Source: an uncultured Candidatus Saccharibacteria bacterium (GTDB lineage Bacteria > Patescibacteriota > Minisyncoccia > Phycocordibacterales > EsbW-18). Taken from it: 48,378 bases of DNA. Positions 26,168-36,559 of this stretch are shown piece by piece. The position numbers and the translations under genes were made by a program. The stretch covers positions 1 to 48,378 of the forward strand of contig CAZFMQ010000002.1 in assembly GCA_964520295.1 (NCBI GenBank). The letters are read 5' to 3'. Position 1 is the stretch's first letter. Each line of letters starts with the position of its first letter. The notes beneath the pieces were generated by a model, which was given only the letters and a program-made list of their open reading frames with translations, did not search any database and had not been told where the DNA came from.

Positions 26168-27454
26168 CTACTTCGGCAAATACTCAGTTGGGTCCAAATA
26201 TGCCTCGTATGGTGCGTACGGTACTTTAGTGTTCTTACAGCCGATGCTCCATGAGAATGGTGATACTTGCACCGCGTTTTTATCAAATACAGTGAAGTGC
26301 AAGTGTGGTCCTGTGGCATAGCCACTGGCACCTGCGTATCCAATAATCTGTCCTGCGCTTACTTTTTCTCCATGTGATACTGACATGACCGAAAGGTGCG
26401 CGTAGAGCGTAGAAAGTCCGTTATCATGATCAATAAGAATCCAGCGACCATACGAGTAGCAACCTTTAACCGCATCCATGTTCACCGCGTCTCGCACAGT
26501 TCCTGATGCGGCTGCTAAAATCGGCGTTCCAACAGACGCACGGAAATCTATACCACGGTGTGGGTTCGGTTGACCGCTTTTATCGTATCCATAAGAACCA
26601 CTTCTTGCAAAACTTGTCAAGCCGAAGCCCTGTGTCAGTACTGGGCTCTCCACGGGCCATCGAAGTGCCCCACTTCCCTTTTGTGGAAGCTTGGAAGGAT
26701 CGCGAGCATATTGCAATTGTGCTTCATAATCCTGCAACTCGCTTTCAAACTTTTTTGCGGCGGCACGTTTTTCTTCTAGTAAACGTTGATATTCTGCTTC
26801 TTTGCTTTTAGTGCTTGAGAGTAATTGATCTTTCTCTTGCTTGTTTACTTCAATGACTTGTTTCTGACCATCTAATTTTGATTTATACGATGAGAGTATT
26901 TCATGCGTTTTTTGTTCTTCCTGTCGTTGTGATGATAACTCTTCTTTGAGTGCACGTAATGTTGCCAGCTCGCTTTGTACAGTATCTTGTAGCTGACCCA
27001 ACTGATCTACCTCAGTCCACAAATCATTGAACGAATTGTGTCCCAATACTAATTCCACAAAGGTTTCATTATCAGATGCTTGCACGGTGCGTAGTGCCTC
27101 CATAAGCACGGTGTTATTGCGGGCGATGCGGTTTTCCTGTTCACCAATGGTGAGCGAGAGACGTTCAATAGAAATCTCTGCCTGTTCAATTTTTCTTTGT
27201 GTGAGTGAAATATCAGAAAGTAATTTTTGGCGTGTGATGTTCAATTCGTTGATTGCCACTTCAAGTGTGCCGCGTTCCGCACCTACTTTTTGTAGTTCCG
27301 CTTCATACTTTTTGATATCACGGTCAAGTTGTTCAATCTGTGATTGTTTCTCTTCAATTTTTTTATAGAGCTCGTTGACTGATTGCGCGCGCACTGAAAC
27401 AGTGCTGACAAGCAGTAGTGTTATCAATCCAAATTGAAAAAGAAATGTACGCAT
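26168..27454 (-). CDS. M23-family peptidoglycan metalloendopeptidase with N-terminal coiled coil (EnvC-like architecture)
   Basis: Signal peptide, a long heptad-rich region, then HRGIDFRA ... GPHLHFTV (M23 zinc motifs). Confidence 0.88.
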   Translation of the reverse strand: MRTFLFQFGLITLLLVSTVSVRAQSVNELYKKIEEKQSQIEQLDRDIKKYEAELQKVGAERGTLEVAINELNITRQKLLSDISLTQRKIEQAEISIERLSLTIGEQENRIARNNTVLMEALRTVQASDNETFVELVLGHNSFNDLWTEVDQLGQLQDTVQSELATLRALKEELSSQRQEEQKTHEILSSYKSKLDGQKQVIEVNKQEKDQLLSSTKSKEAEYQRLLEEKRAAAKKFESELQDYEAQLQYARDPSKLPQKGSGALRWPVESPVLTQGFGLTSFARSGSYGYDKSGQPNPHRGIDFRASVGTPILAAASGTVRDAVNMDAVKGCYSYGRWILIDHDNGLSTLYAHLSVMSVSHGEKVSAGQIIGYAGASGYATGPHLHFTVFDKNAVQVSPFSWSIGCKNTKVPYAPYEAYLDPTEYLPK

Positions 27455-27456
27455 GA

Positions 27457-28779
27457 TTATGAGAGGTGTTGCAGTGCGTTTTTGATGCGCACAAATGTCT
27501 CTTGTTTACCCAACACGCTGGCTATGGTAAAGGGATCTACAGATCGCTCTTGCCCTGAAAGTGCCACGCGCAACGGCCACAACACGGCGCCACGTCCTTG
27601 GGCCTCTGCATACTCCCACAGTGCGTTTTTGATAGTTTCGGGTGTGAAGGTGTCTGCTAAGGTCTCTATAACCTCTAGAGAGTGTTGCAGATGTGTCCGT
27701 GCGTTATCTGCAGATGTGTCTTTCCATGTGAGCGTTACGCCATCGTATGACGGTTGTTCAAAAAAATATACAAACTCATTATTTGCAAACGCGTCAGCGA
27801 TTTCACCAAATGCAGAGATGCGATCAATAATAAGCGGTTGTATTTTTTTGAGTACCGTTCTGTTGTAGTGCTCTGGTGTAAAGCGGTCAACCCACTCCCA
27901 CTGCTCATTCGTATCCATGGCGGTGATGTAGTGTTTGTTGACCCAATTTAGTTTTTCCGTATTGAACACTGCCCCACCCTTCTGCACTTTTGCGAGATCA
28001 AATTGTGCAATCATCTCATCCATACTGAAAAACTCTTGATCAGTACCCGGGTTCCAGCCGAGGAGTAGCAAAAAATTGAGCAGCGCGTGCGGAAGGTAGC
28101 CACGAGAGCGATAGTAGGTCAGCGAGACTGTTTCTCCATGCTTGCGTTTTGATAATTTGCTTTTATCCGTGGCGAGTACGAGTGGTAGGTGCGCGTAGGT
28201 GGGACGCGGATAGCCAAGTGCTTCTTGAATAAGAATTTGGCGTGGTGTGTTAGAGAGGTGTTCTTCGGCGCGAATGACATGCGTGATACCCATGGCGGCA
28301 TCATCTACCACAACGGCAAGGTGGTACAACGGCTCATCCACAGAGCGCGCAATAATAAAATCTTTCAGATCGGTGGTATCTACAGTTACCTCGCCACGTA
28401 CAAGATCATTGATGGTCACGGTTTTGTTTGGGTTACGAAAGCGCACCACGGTATCACGTTGTCCTGGTTCTGTGGGCGTCTCCTGAGATATATATGCGTG
28501 TCCGTCGTCAATAAGTTTCTTGACAGCATCACGATATACTTCTGTACGTTCTGACTGTTTAGCAAACACATCATGCGTAAGTCCCAACCACGCCAAATCC
28601 TCTTCCAATCCGACAGCCCATTCTTCGCGATTACGTGCAGTGTCAGTATCTTCAATGCGAAGTGCAAAGGTTCCATTGTGTTTACGTGCAAAAAGAAAAT
28701 TGTAGAATGCAGTGCGGACGCCACCGACATGTAGAAAGCCAGTTGGTGATGGTGCAAATCTGGTAACAACGTTGGTCAT
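27457..28779 (-). CDS. gltX: Glutamate--tRNA ligase (short, 440 aa)
   Basis: RFAPSPTGFLHVGGVRTA (HIGH-type) and KLSKR. Confidence 0.93.
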   Translation of the reverse strand: MTNVVTRFAPSPTGFLHVGGVRTAFYNFLFARKHNGTFALRIEDTDTARNREEWAVGLEEDLAWLGLTHDVFAKQSERTEVYRDAVKKLIDDGHAYISQETPTEPGQRDTVVRFRNPNKTVTINDLVRGEVTVDTTDLKDFIIARSVDEPLYHLAVVVDDAAMGITHVIRAEEHLSNTPRQILIQEALGYPRPTYAHLPLVLATDKSKLSKRKHGETVSLTYYRSRGYLPHALLNFLLLLGWNPGTDQEFFSMDEMIAQFDLAKVQKGGAVFNTEKLNWVNKHYITAMDTNEQWEWVDRFTPEHYNRTVLKKIQPLIIDRISAFGEIADAFANNEFVYFFEQPSYDGVTLTWKDTSADNARTHLQHSLEVIETLADTFTPETIKNALWEYAEAQGRGAVLWPLRVALSGQERSVDPFTIASVLGKQETFVRIKNALQHLS

Positions 28780-28780
28780 A

Positions 28781-29935
28781 TTACTCTTCGTGCTCGAGGG
28801 CTAAATCAAGTATTTCGCGCGCAATGGTACGCGCTGCATCTGGTTTTGCAAACTGCTGTGCGGCGGTACTCATTTTCTGTCGCGTTTCATCTGACTCCAT
28901 GAGACGGTTAATTTCTGCGGTAAGGAGGTTGGGTGTGAGGTTTGCTTGATCCACTACAATACCTGCACCAGTACGTGCATACGAGAATGCGTTGCGTGTC
29001 TGATCATGTGAGACATCTTGTGGGATTGGAATAAGGATAGATGGTTTACCCCAGAGTGCGATTTCAAAAATGGCACCAGAACCTGCGCGTGAAATAATCA
29101 AATCTGCCGCACCCGCTGCCATACGTAGACCGACAATGTTGAGAAATGGAAATGGATGGTAGCGTTCTTGATATGGATTATTTTCAAGAATGGTGTTGGC
29201 ACTTTCTTTTGTTACCTCAAAGTTCGCTTTCCCTGTTTGGTGGAGAATTTGATAGTGTTCTACAAGTAGTGGAAGTGCTTCAATAAGTGTTTCGTTGATT
29301 GCTGAAGCACCCTGTGAACCGCCGAGAATGAGAATGGTTGGCGTATCGTGTGAAAGCTTGAGGAACTCGTGTGCACCAGCGGGGCTGACGGTGCGCATTT
29401 CATTACGCACAGGATTACCGGTGAGCGCAATTTTTATTTTACCTGACGGTTTTTTAGTAAGTCGTTCAAAGAGTTGTGCGGTTTCTGGATACGATACCGC
29501 GATGCGGCGCGCGAACCGCGCGGCCCACGTATTAGCTCGTCCCGGGACAGCATCTGATTCATGAATAACGACAGGGATGCCGAATACGCGCGCCGCCATC
29601 ACCACAGGCACACTGACGTACCCGCCCTTTGAGAACACCACATCAGGGAAAATAAAAAATAGTTTGAAAATCGCCTTGAGCAAACCAAGACCTGTTTTGA
29701 ACAAATCAAAGAAGTTTTTAATGGAGGTGTATCGTCGCTGCTTCCCTGCATTTATGTGCCGAAAAGATATGTTGTTTTCAAGAAGTGCTTCAGGATCATA
29801 TTCTTCCGTTCCCATGTATATCAACTCCGGCTCAATCAAACGATCTTCTTTTGCAATAGCGCGAATTTGCTGCGCCACCGCAATCATTGGGAAAAAGTGC
29901 CCTCCCGATCCTCCGCCTGTAAGTACAATGCGCAT
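28781..29935 (-). CDS. murG: UDP-N-acetylglucosamine--N-acetylmuramyl-(pentapeptide) pyrophosphoryl-undecaprenol GlcNAc transferase MurG
   Basis: MRIVLTGGGSGGHFFP, and a GT28 C-terminal half (GGSQGA...RAGSGAIFE). Confidence 0.93.
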   Translation of the reverse strand: MRIVLTGGGSGGHFFPMIAVAQQIRAIAKEDRLIEPELIYMGTEEYDPEALLENNISFRHINAGKQRRYTSIKNFFDLFKTGLGLLKAIFKLFFIFPDVVFSKGGYVSVPVVMAARVFGIPVVIHESDAVPGRANTWAARFARRIAVSYPETAQLFERLTKKPSGKIKIALTGNPVRNEMRTVSPAGAHEFLKLSHDTPTILILGGSQGASAINETLIEALPLLVEHYQILHQTGKANFEVTKESANTILENNPYQERYHPFPFLNIVGLRMAAGAADLIISRAGSGAIFEIALWGKPSILIPIPQDVSHDQTRNAFSYARTGAGIVVDQANLTPNLLTAEINRLMESDETRQKMSTAAQQFAKPDAARTIAREILDLALEHEE

Positions 29936-30012
29936 AATAATTCCCTACCGCGTAGCCGCGGTTGTATGTGTACAGTATAGCCCGCCACGCGCAATATATC
30001 AAAAATAGTACG

Positions 30013-31125
30013 CTAGGCCTTTGTTGTGTTACGAGAGACCCCAAGTATGATGCCGACTTCCAGTAGTGTCATAAGTAGAGCGGTGCCACCTTGAGAGACA
30101 AATGCGAGTGGATCCCCTGTCAGTGGCATGACACCGAGCATAGAGCCAATATTCATAAACGATTGTGCAACGATTGATGTGACCAATCCCACCACGAGAA
30201 TGCGTGGAAATGTGTTAGGTGATCGTATGGCGATTCTATAGCCACGAGACAGGAATGCGACAAATAATGTGATAAGTATGATTGCTCCAATAAATCCCCA
30301 CTCTTCTGCAAATACCGCGAAGATGGAATCACCGACTGGTTCTGGGAGAAAGGTAAACTTTTGCACGCTTTGTCCAAATCCCCTACCAGTGATGTGACCA
30401 GATCCAACTGCTATGAGTGATTGTTGGATTTGATACCCAGCACCTTGTGGATCACGTCCTGGTTGTAAAAAGGTTGTCAGACGTGAGTGCACATACGGTA
30501 CCGTTGTTGATATAAGAGCGACAAATGCGAAGCCAACTGCTGCAAGTGCTAGAATGTGCTTCCATGATGCGCCTGATGCAATAAGCATTGCGAAACCAAC
30601 CGTACCAATAATAATGAGTGTACCGAAGTCAGGTTGAAGAATAAGCGGAATGGCACAGAGCGCAAGCAAAATGAGTAGTGGGGGCAAGCTGTACTGTAGT
30701 GTGCGTATTTTGCGTTGTAATGCGGTACACCACGCGGCATAGTAGAGAATAAATGCAAACTTCAAAAACTCCGAAGGCTGGAGAGATGGCAGCGGGCCGA
30801 GGTTCAACCAACGGTTGGCGCCGTTGTGTTCAAAGCCGATACCGGGAATAAACACAAGACATGTTGTGATGAATGATCCAATAAAAATATAGAATGCATA
30901 CTTATTCCAAAAACGTGTTGGTACTTTTGTTGCGCCAATGAGCAATCCTAATCCCAACACAATGGCGAGCACCTGACTCGTGAGCTGCCCGGTAATGTTG
31001 GCATCTTCACGCGCGAGCAAACCCATTGATGCTGATAAAAAAACGAAAAAGCCAAGGGAGACGAGCAAAATTGTTATAACCAAAAATGGTGTATCAACTG
31101 ATTTTTTCATGTTGTGGTATGACAC
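30013..31125 (-). CDS. ftsW: SEDS-family peptidoglycan glycosyltransferase FtsW
   Basis: 370-aa polytopic protein. QPSEFLKF, LQPDFGT and GHITGRGFGQS motifs. Lies between mraY and murG. Confidence 0.88.
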   Translation of the reverse strand: MSYHNMKKSVDTPFLVITILLVSLGFFVFLSASMGLLAREDANITGQLTSQVLAIVLGLGLLIGATKVPTRFWNKYAFYIFIGSFITTCLVFIPGIGFEHNGANRWLNLGPLPSLQPSEFLKFAFILYYAAWCTALQRKIRTLQYSLPPLLILLALCAIPLILQPDFGTLIIIGTVGFAMLIASGASWKHILALAAVGFAFVALISTTVPYVHSRLTTFLQPGRDPQGAGYQIQQSLIAVGSGHITGRGFGQSVQKFTFLPEPVGDSIFAVFAEEWGFIGAIILITLFVAFLSRGYRIAIRSPNTFPRILVVGLVTSIVAQSFMNIGSMLGVMPLTGDPLAFVSQGGTALLMTLLEVGIILGVSRNTTKA

Positions 31126-32184
31126 CTACCCCATCAGAGCAAGCAACACGGCAATGGTGGCGCCAATGATGGAGAGCACCCAGTAGCGCATAGTGACCTT
31201 ATACGCCGGCCACCCGATTGCTTCAAAGTGGTGATGAATAGGTGCAACGAGAAATATTTTCTTTCCGCGAATTTTCTTAGATGCGACTTGCAGTGCATTG
31301 GTGACGACTGTTACAAACTGCATACAGGCGAGCACAGGCAATAGCAGTACCGTATCCGTGAGGAATGCAATAATGGTAAGCGCAACGGCCAATGGCAAAA
31401 AACCAACTTCGGTGAGATAAAAACGAGCAGGAGGAATGTTGAACCATAAAAATGCGAGCAAGCCACCTACAATGACAAAGGAGAACGCCGAGATATCAAT
31501 ATGGTTATGAAAGACCGCAATGACACCGAGTGCTGAGAATACAGTTGCCAACACCCCACCCGCCAAGCCATCGATACCATCAATGACACCAGAGGCAAGC
31601 ACTGATAGCAGTACAAATAAAAAGAAAGGAATAAACCAAATACCTAAATCAAAGTGCCCATAAAATGGTACGTACACTTCTGACATGCCCAATTTTGTGT
31701 AAAACCACCATGCAACAAAAGCACCGAACAGCAGAATGGGAAGCGCACGAAAACGAAACGGCAACCCGTCAGGAAAACGTGGTGATGCGGAGACCACCAC
31801 TAGATCTTCAATAAAACCGACCACTGCACCAACGAGAAAACCTGCAAACGGTAGCCATGTTTGTGCACGAGAAAGAAAGTCAATTTTTCCTGATGGGCCA
31901 CCTGTGCCGAAATAAGATAGCAACCAAAATGAAACAAGTGTCGCTATAACAGAACACACAACGACCAATCCCCCCATGCGCGGGGTTTTCGTTTCGCGTT
32001 CTTTGTGCAGTTCATTAAAAATAGGTGTACCGTGCGCGTCCCCCAATCCTTTGGTATTCCCTGCGCGTTTTTTCCAAATACTTTTTTTATAGAGATAGTG
32101 CGTGATAATCGGCGTGATGACGATACCGATGAAAAAGGAGAATGTGGTGGGTGCGATAATTTTAATGGCGGTGAGGGCTTCCAT
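31126..32184 (-). CDS. mraY: Phospho-N-acetylmuramoyl-pentapeptide transferase MraY
   Basis: GTPRMGG, IDGIDGLAGG and APIHHHFE motifs. Confidence 0.93.
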   Translation of the reverse strand: MEALTAIKIIAPTTFSFFIGIVITPIITHYLYKKSIWKKRAGNTKGLGDAHGTPIFNELHKERETKTPRMGGLVVVCSVIATLVSFWLLSYFGTGGPSGKIDFLSRAQTWLPFAGFLVGAVVGFIEDLVVVSASPRFPDGLPFRFRALPILLFGAFVAWWFYTKLGMSEVYVPFYGHFDLGIWFIPFFLFVLLSVLASGVIDGIDGLAGGVLATVFSALGVIAVFHNHIDISAFSFVIVGGLLAFLWFNIPPARFYLTEVGFLPLAVALTIIAFLTDTVLLLPVLACMQFVTVVTNALQVASKKIRGKKIFLVAPIHHHFEAIGWPAYKVTMRYWVLSIIGATIAVLLALMG

Positions 32185-32204
32185 AGTGCTAGTGTAGCGC
32201 GAAA

Positions 32205-33110
32205 TTAGAATTGTGCAGTACGGACTGCGTTGACAAGTCGTTGCATGTCAGTAAAGCGCCCTTCCTTGCTCGATCCAAGGACAACCAGTATGACAGGGTT
32301 GCCGATATCGCGATCAAATGACATTACCAGATTGCCCCCCGCGGCGTCGGTAAATCCTGTTTTTCCGCCGACCGCATTTGATACAGCGTCTATGATTTCA
32401 TTGGTGTTTTCTATGCGGTGGGTATGCGTCAAAGAATGCATGGTGGCGGTACCTGCGCGAGTGGCGTCAAGGATGTTGGGTATGGTGTGGAGAGCGTATA
32501 AGAATAAGGTAGCAACATCACGCGCGGAGCCGTAATTAGTTGCACGAACGGTATCTGGTGTATCCAGCCCCGTAACGTTCCTGATAGAAAATGAGGAGAG
32601 GCCGAGCTCCTGCGCTTGGCGATCCATGATAGTGGTGAAGCGTTCAGTGTTGGCGCTGTCATGGGTGATTTGGAGTGCTGCCGAACCGTCATTAGATGAT
32701 GTAATCAAAATAAATTTCAAAAGCTCATCAAGCACCCATGCTTCGTTTACAAGCAGACCGCTATCCCCTTCCTCGGCTAATGCATTTTCTGTAATAGTGA
32801 TGATTGTGTCGGGGGAAAATACTTTTTGAGCAGTAAGAACAGTTAGGATTTTCGTAATAGAGGCAAGTGGTAGTTGTTCGTCGGCATTTTTTTGAAAGAG
32901 CACATGATTATTGCGCACGTCGTACACAAACGCGGCGCGCGCTTCAAGGGTAGGCACGGACAGCGTTGGTAGTGATTGTGCTTGTTGATCGTCTGTATCG
33001 TTGCGTGTTGTATCAATAAAAAAAGGAACTATAAGTAATGCGCTAACTCCCGCAACAAGCACGGCGATAAGCAAATACGGTATTTGGTTTTTTCCGGGTT
33101 TACCATGCAT
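32205..33110 (-). CDS. D-alanyl-D-alanine carboxypeptidase (S11 family)
   Basis: SITK (SxxK), SSND (SxN), KTGFT (KTG); N-terminal TM/signal. Confidence 0.85.
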   Translation of the reverse strand: MHGKPGKNQIPYLLIAVLVAGVSALLIVPFFIDTTRNDTDDQQAQSLPTLSVPTLEARAAFVYDVRNNHVLFQKNADEQLPLASITKILTVLTAQKVFSPDTIITITENALAEEGDSGLLVNEAWVLDELLKFILITSSNDGSAALQITHDSANTERFTTIMDRQAQELGLSSFSIRNVTGLDTPDTVRATNYGSARDVATLFLYALHTIPNILDATRAGTATMHSLTHTHRIENTNEIIDAVSNAVGGKTGFTDAAGGNLVMSFDRDIGNPVILVVLGSSKEGRFTDMQRLVNAVRTAQF

Positions 33111-33113
33111 ATC

Positions 33114-33677
33114 CTATGCGTTTGTTTCTGACGATTCTTCATTGTGCTGTTGTTCAAAGCGCATAATGTCTTCTTGTACCTGTGTGTAGTCTGGCAGCTG
33201 CGCGACATCAGTAACACCGAGGTACGATAGTAATTGCATAGAGGGGGTGTACACAAAACTTCTCTGATCGTGTTTGTTTTCTGCACGTTCAATGAGCCCA
33301 CGAATAGAAAGTGCGCGGATAGAAAATGACGAATTAACACCACGAATGTAGTCAATGCGTGCACGTGTAATAGGACCGTAGTACAAAATAATAGAAAGTG
33401 TTTCTAGGGCTGCTTTACTGAGGCCTTTTTGTAAATCCTCTTTGATAAGCGCTTGAATTTTTTCAGACATTGCAGGTGCTGTAACGAGTTGGTAGGTGCC
33501 GTCGGCATGCATCAAACGGATACCTCGCTCGTCGCGCTCTAATACTTCGGCAAGTTCTGACAGTGCGGTTTGTAGAGCGTCGTGTGAGAGTCCGAGCATA
33601 TGGGCCAGCTCCTCTACAGAGACAGGCTCGCCTTTGAAAAAAAGTATAGATTCAATCTGTGCTGCGTAGGAAGTCAT
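33114..33677 (-). CDS. scpB: Segregation and condensation protein B
   Basis: IESILFFKGEPVSVEELA..., winged-helix repeats; follows scpA. Confidence 0.88.
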   Translation of the reverse strand: MTSYAAQIESILFFKGEPVSVEELAHMLGLSHDALQTALSELAEVLERDERGIRLMHADGTYQLVTAPAMSEKIQALIKEDLQKGLSKAALETLSIILYYGPITRARIDYIRGVNSSFSIRALSIRGLIERAENKHDQRSFVYTPSMQLLSYLGVTDVAQLPDYTQVQEDIMRFEQQHNEESSETNA

Positions 33678-33682
33678 AAGTG

Positions 33683-34441
33683 TTATGCGCTATAGCGAGG
33701 TGTGTGTACCGAAGCACTTTCCATTTCAATATCATTGAATGCGGCGTGTTGTCGTACTGCCAACATACCCTGTTTGACGAGTTCTAGCATAGCAAGAAAT
33801 GAGACGATTGTGTTCACTTTTGTTTCTCGTGGTGTGGATTCTTTCTCGTGGTGTTTTTTTGCAAATTCAGAGAAGCGCATAGAAATTGCTGATTGTATGC
33901 GTGTGGTAAGGTGCGACATCATATCTTCAAGAGACATAATTTTTTCTACCACTGCTTTTTTGAACGTTTCTTTTTTTGGAAGACGCGCAATAATACCGCG
34001 CACAGCATCTAGGATGCGTGGCGTGGTAATGGACGCGTGTGGCGCAAACACCGGCTCAAATGCGAGCGTTGTTTCTTCTCGTGGAAAAAGTATGGTGGCA
34101 CCAAAGCGTTCCTGTACGTGTTGGGATAGTGCGCGTGCTTGCTGATAGAGACGTAAACGGTCTTGCAAATCAGATATACTCCCCTCCTCTTCTGTGGTGA
34201 GCGTAAATTCAGGAAGAAGTGATTTTGATTTTATGAGTACCAGTGTTGATGCCACGAGTACAAAGTGTGCGACATCGTGTGTAGGAAATTGCGTCAGGCG
34301 ACGCACGTACTCCATGTATTCATCAGCAACCTGTGCAAGCGCAATATCACTGATGTGTAGTTTGTGCTTTTCAATGAGCGTGAGAAGCGCTTCAAGAGGC
34401 CCTTCAAATACTGGAGTTTTGACTACAAATTGCTCCTCCAT
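33683..34441 (-). CDS. scpA: Segregation and condensation protein A
   Basis: FEGPLEALLTLIEKHKLHISDIALAQVADEYMEYV. Confidence 0.88.
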   Translation of the reverse strand: MEEQFVVKTPVFEGPLEALLTLIEKHKLHISDIALAQVADEYMEYVRRLTQFPTHDVAHFVLVASTLVLIKSKSLLPEFTLTTEEEGSISDLQDRLRLYQQARALSQHVQERFGATILFPREETTLAFEPVFAPHASITTPRILDAVRGIIARLPKKETFKKAVVEKIMSLEDMMSHLTTRIQSAISMRFSEFAKKHHEKESTPRETKVNTIVSFLAMLELVKQGMLAVRQHAAFNDIEMESASVHTPRYSA

Positions 34442-34447
34442 AGCACA

Positions 34448-35854
34448 CTATTTTTTCTTCTCTTCTTTAATAACGGCAATGCCGAGTTCCTTGAGTTGTG
34501 CGGATGTTGCGGGGTTTGGTGCGTGCATGACCGCAGTATTACCCTTTCCGGTCATTGGGAATGCAATAACTTCGCGTAGATATGTCTCACCGGTAAGATT
34601 CATAACGTTGCGCTCAACACCAAGAGCAATACCACCATGTGGCGGTGCGCCGTATGAAAACGCTTCAAGCATGTGTCCGACGCTATTGTGAATTTCTTCA
34701 GCGCTGTACCCCATGATTTTGTATGTTGCCTCTAAGATTTCGGGTCGGTGTGCGCGAATGGAACCACCGCCTGATTCATAGCCGTTGCAAACCAAATCGT
34801 ATTGTTGTGTCACAATATCTTCAATGTGTTCGCCCTTCATATGCCAGTCCAGATGCTCTGGTTTTGGCATGGAGAATGGGTTGTGTGAGAACGTCCAGTC
34901 GCCAGTATCGGTTTTCTCAAAGAACGGAAAGTCCACGACCCACGCGTAGGCTAAAATACCCTGCTCTTTCTCCTCATCTGTGCGTAAGTCAAATTTGTCA
35001 TCGCCATATTTCTCTTTTGCATCTTTGTACGAGATGCGCGGGAATGGAATCTCCTTGATAGTGCGTCCGAGTTTTTGTGCGGCGTAGATGACCATCTGCT
35101 CAATGGTGTTCATCACGTCTTCTTGTGTAACAAATGCCATTTCTAAATCGAGCTGGGTAAATTCAAAACCGCGATCGGCGCGGAGGTCCTCGTCGCGTAA
35201 ACAGCGAGCTACCTGAAAGTACTTTTCAAACCCTGAGACCATGAGAAGTTGTTTATACTGCTGGGGTGACTGCGGGAGGGCGTAAAAGTTGCCTGGTACA
35301 TGGCGTGATGGCACAAGAAAGTCGCGGGCACCTTCAGGTGTTGCCTGTGAAAGGAGCGGTGTTTCAATTTCAACAAATCCCTGTGAAAAAAGATACTCGC
35401 GACACAGTTGCACCCATTCGGATCGGATGCGGATGTTTTTTTGCATGCGTGATGAGCGCATGTCTACATATCGGTGCTTTAAACGTGTTTCTTCGTTGAT
35501 ACCGAACGTGTCTTGGGTTGGATCAAACGGTGGCGTCGTTGCTTCCGAGAGCACAGTGATTGATGTTGCAGCGAATTCAACAGCACCGTTTGGCTCGTTG
35601 CTGTTTACAAGGTTGTCTGGGCGCGCTTTTATTTCTCCTTCAAGTGTAATAACCCACTCAGAGCGAAGTTTTGAAGCAACGTCATGTGCTTCAGATGCCT
35701 TTGGCGTTACCACAACCTGTATCTTGCCTGTTTCGTCACGAACATCAATAAAAATGAGTTTTCCATGATCACGGCGAATATCGACCCAACCCGCAATGGT
35801 TACGGTCTGTCCTACCTTGTCTGCTATATCCCCAATACTGATTCTGTTGTGCAT
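34448..35854 (-). CDS. aspS: Aspartate--tRNA ligase, archaeal/eukaryal-size type (468 aa)
   Basis: N-terminal OB fold (VTIAGWVDIRRDHGKLIFIDVRD) and class II motifs (FRDEDLRADR, GGGSIR, APPHGGIALGVER). ATG 35854 is used; the ORF-track extension to 36067 overlaps the neighbouring cassette. Confidence 0.9.
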   Translation of the reverse strand: MHNRISIGDIADKVGQTVTIAGWVDIRRDHGKLIFIDVRDETGKIQVVVTPKASEAHDVASKLRSEWVITLEGEIKARPDNLVNSNEPNGAVEFAATSITVLSEATTPPFDPTQDTFGINEETRLKHRYVDMRSSRMQKNIRIRSEWVQLCREYLFSQGFVEIETPLLSQATPEGARDFLVPSRHVPGNFYALPQSPQQYKQLLMVSGFEKYFQVARCLRDEDLRADRGFEFTQLDLEMAFVTQEDVMNTIEQMVIYAAQKLGRTIKEIPFPRISYKDAKEKYGDDKFDLRTDEEKEQGILAYAWVVDFPFFEKTDTGDWTFSHNPFSMPKPEHLDWHMKGEHIEDIVTQQYDLVCNGYESGGGSIRAHRPEILEATYKIMGYSAEEIHNSVGHMLEAFSYGAPPHGGIALGVERNVMNLTGETYLREVIAFPMTGKGNTAVMHAPNPATSAQLKELGIAVIKEEKKK

Positions 35855-35906
35855 GCAGACAGTATAAATGCTTTTGTGTATACGCCAAAGGGACAACACA
35901 GAATAA

Positions 35907-35935
35907 TTGACATATTGTTTTTTATGGGGTAATAT
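35907..35935 (+). promoter_or_regulatory. Near-consensus sigma70-type promoter
   Basis: TTGACA (35907-35912), 17-nt spacer, TAATAT (35930-35935). Confidence 0.55.
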
Positions 35936-35993
35936 GCTGGCAGAGATGTGTTCGTTTACACACAACAACCCCAAGTGGGAGAAAGGAGGCAAG

Positions 35994-36554
35994 ATGGATT
36001 GGTCGCTTGAGGAAGTGAATAAGAAGTTGGCTGAGCAACGGCGGCTTCTTCTTCGGGGGTCGGTCAACGGAAAAAGTCAGGAGATGCTGTGCACGATGCT
36101 CCTGATGCTGGACATCGAGAAACCGGCTCCGATTCGATTGGAAATCGATTCGGGGGGCGGTGACGCGGACATGGGTCGTTACATTAGCGACACCATTCGC
36201 TCCTTGCAGTCGGTGGTGGTGGGGGTCGTGGCTGGCTATGCCGGCTCCGCCGCCTTCACCGTCCTGCAATCGTGCGACATTCGTGTTGCATGGCCAAATG
36301 GCCGAGTCATGTTTCACTCGGTCTCCACCTCCATCGAGGTGGGCAAGGCGGACCTTTCATTCCGCCTCCAGAGTGGGAAACGACTCAACGAGAAGAATCT
36401 CGTTGAGCTCGCTGAACGCTCGGGTCAACCACTGAAGAAGCTTCGTCAGTGGTCCCGGCAGGCGAGAGTCTGGTCGGCTGATGAAGCCCTGCAGTTGGGC
36501 TTCATCGACCAGATTGAGTACCCGAAGCCGAAGCTTCGAGACGGGGTGGTGTAA
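35994..36554 (+). CDS. ClpP-family (S14) serine protease-like protein, prophage/head-maturation-like subtype, 186 aa
   Basis: AAAGGAGG lies 4 nt before ATG 35994. IDSGGGDA, GYAGSAAF (Ser), VMFHSV (His) and WSADEALQLGFIDQI align to ClpP-fold motifs. No Asp at the canonical third catalytic position. Higher GC than the flanks. Confidence 0.75.
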   Translation: MDWSLEEVNKKLAEQRRLLLRGSVNGKSQEMLCTMLLMLDIEKPAPIRLEIDSGGGDADMGRYISDTIRSLQSVVVGVVAGYAGSAAFTVLQSCDIRVAWPNGRVMFHSVSTSIEVGKADLSFRLQSGKRLNEKNLVELAERSGQPLKKLRQWSRQARVWSADEALQLGFIDQIEYPKPKLRDGVV

Positions 36555-36559
36555 CCAAA

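Noticed and set aside
35855-36067. N-terminal extension of aspS
   Set aside because: It runs antisense through the ClpP-like cassette's promoter and start. The AspRS OB-fold N-terminus begins at ATG 35854.
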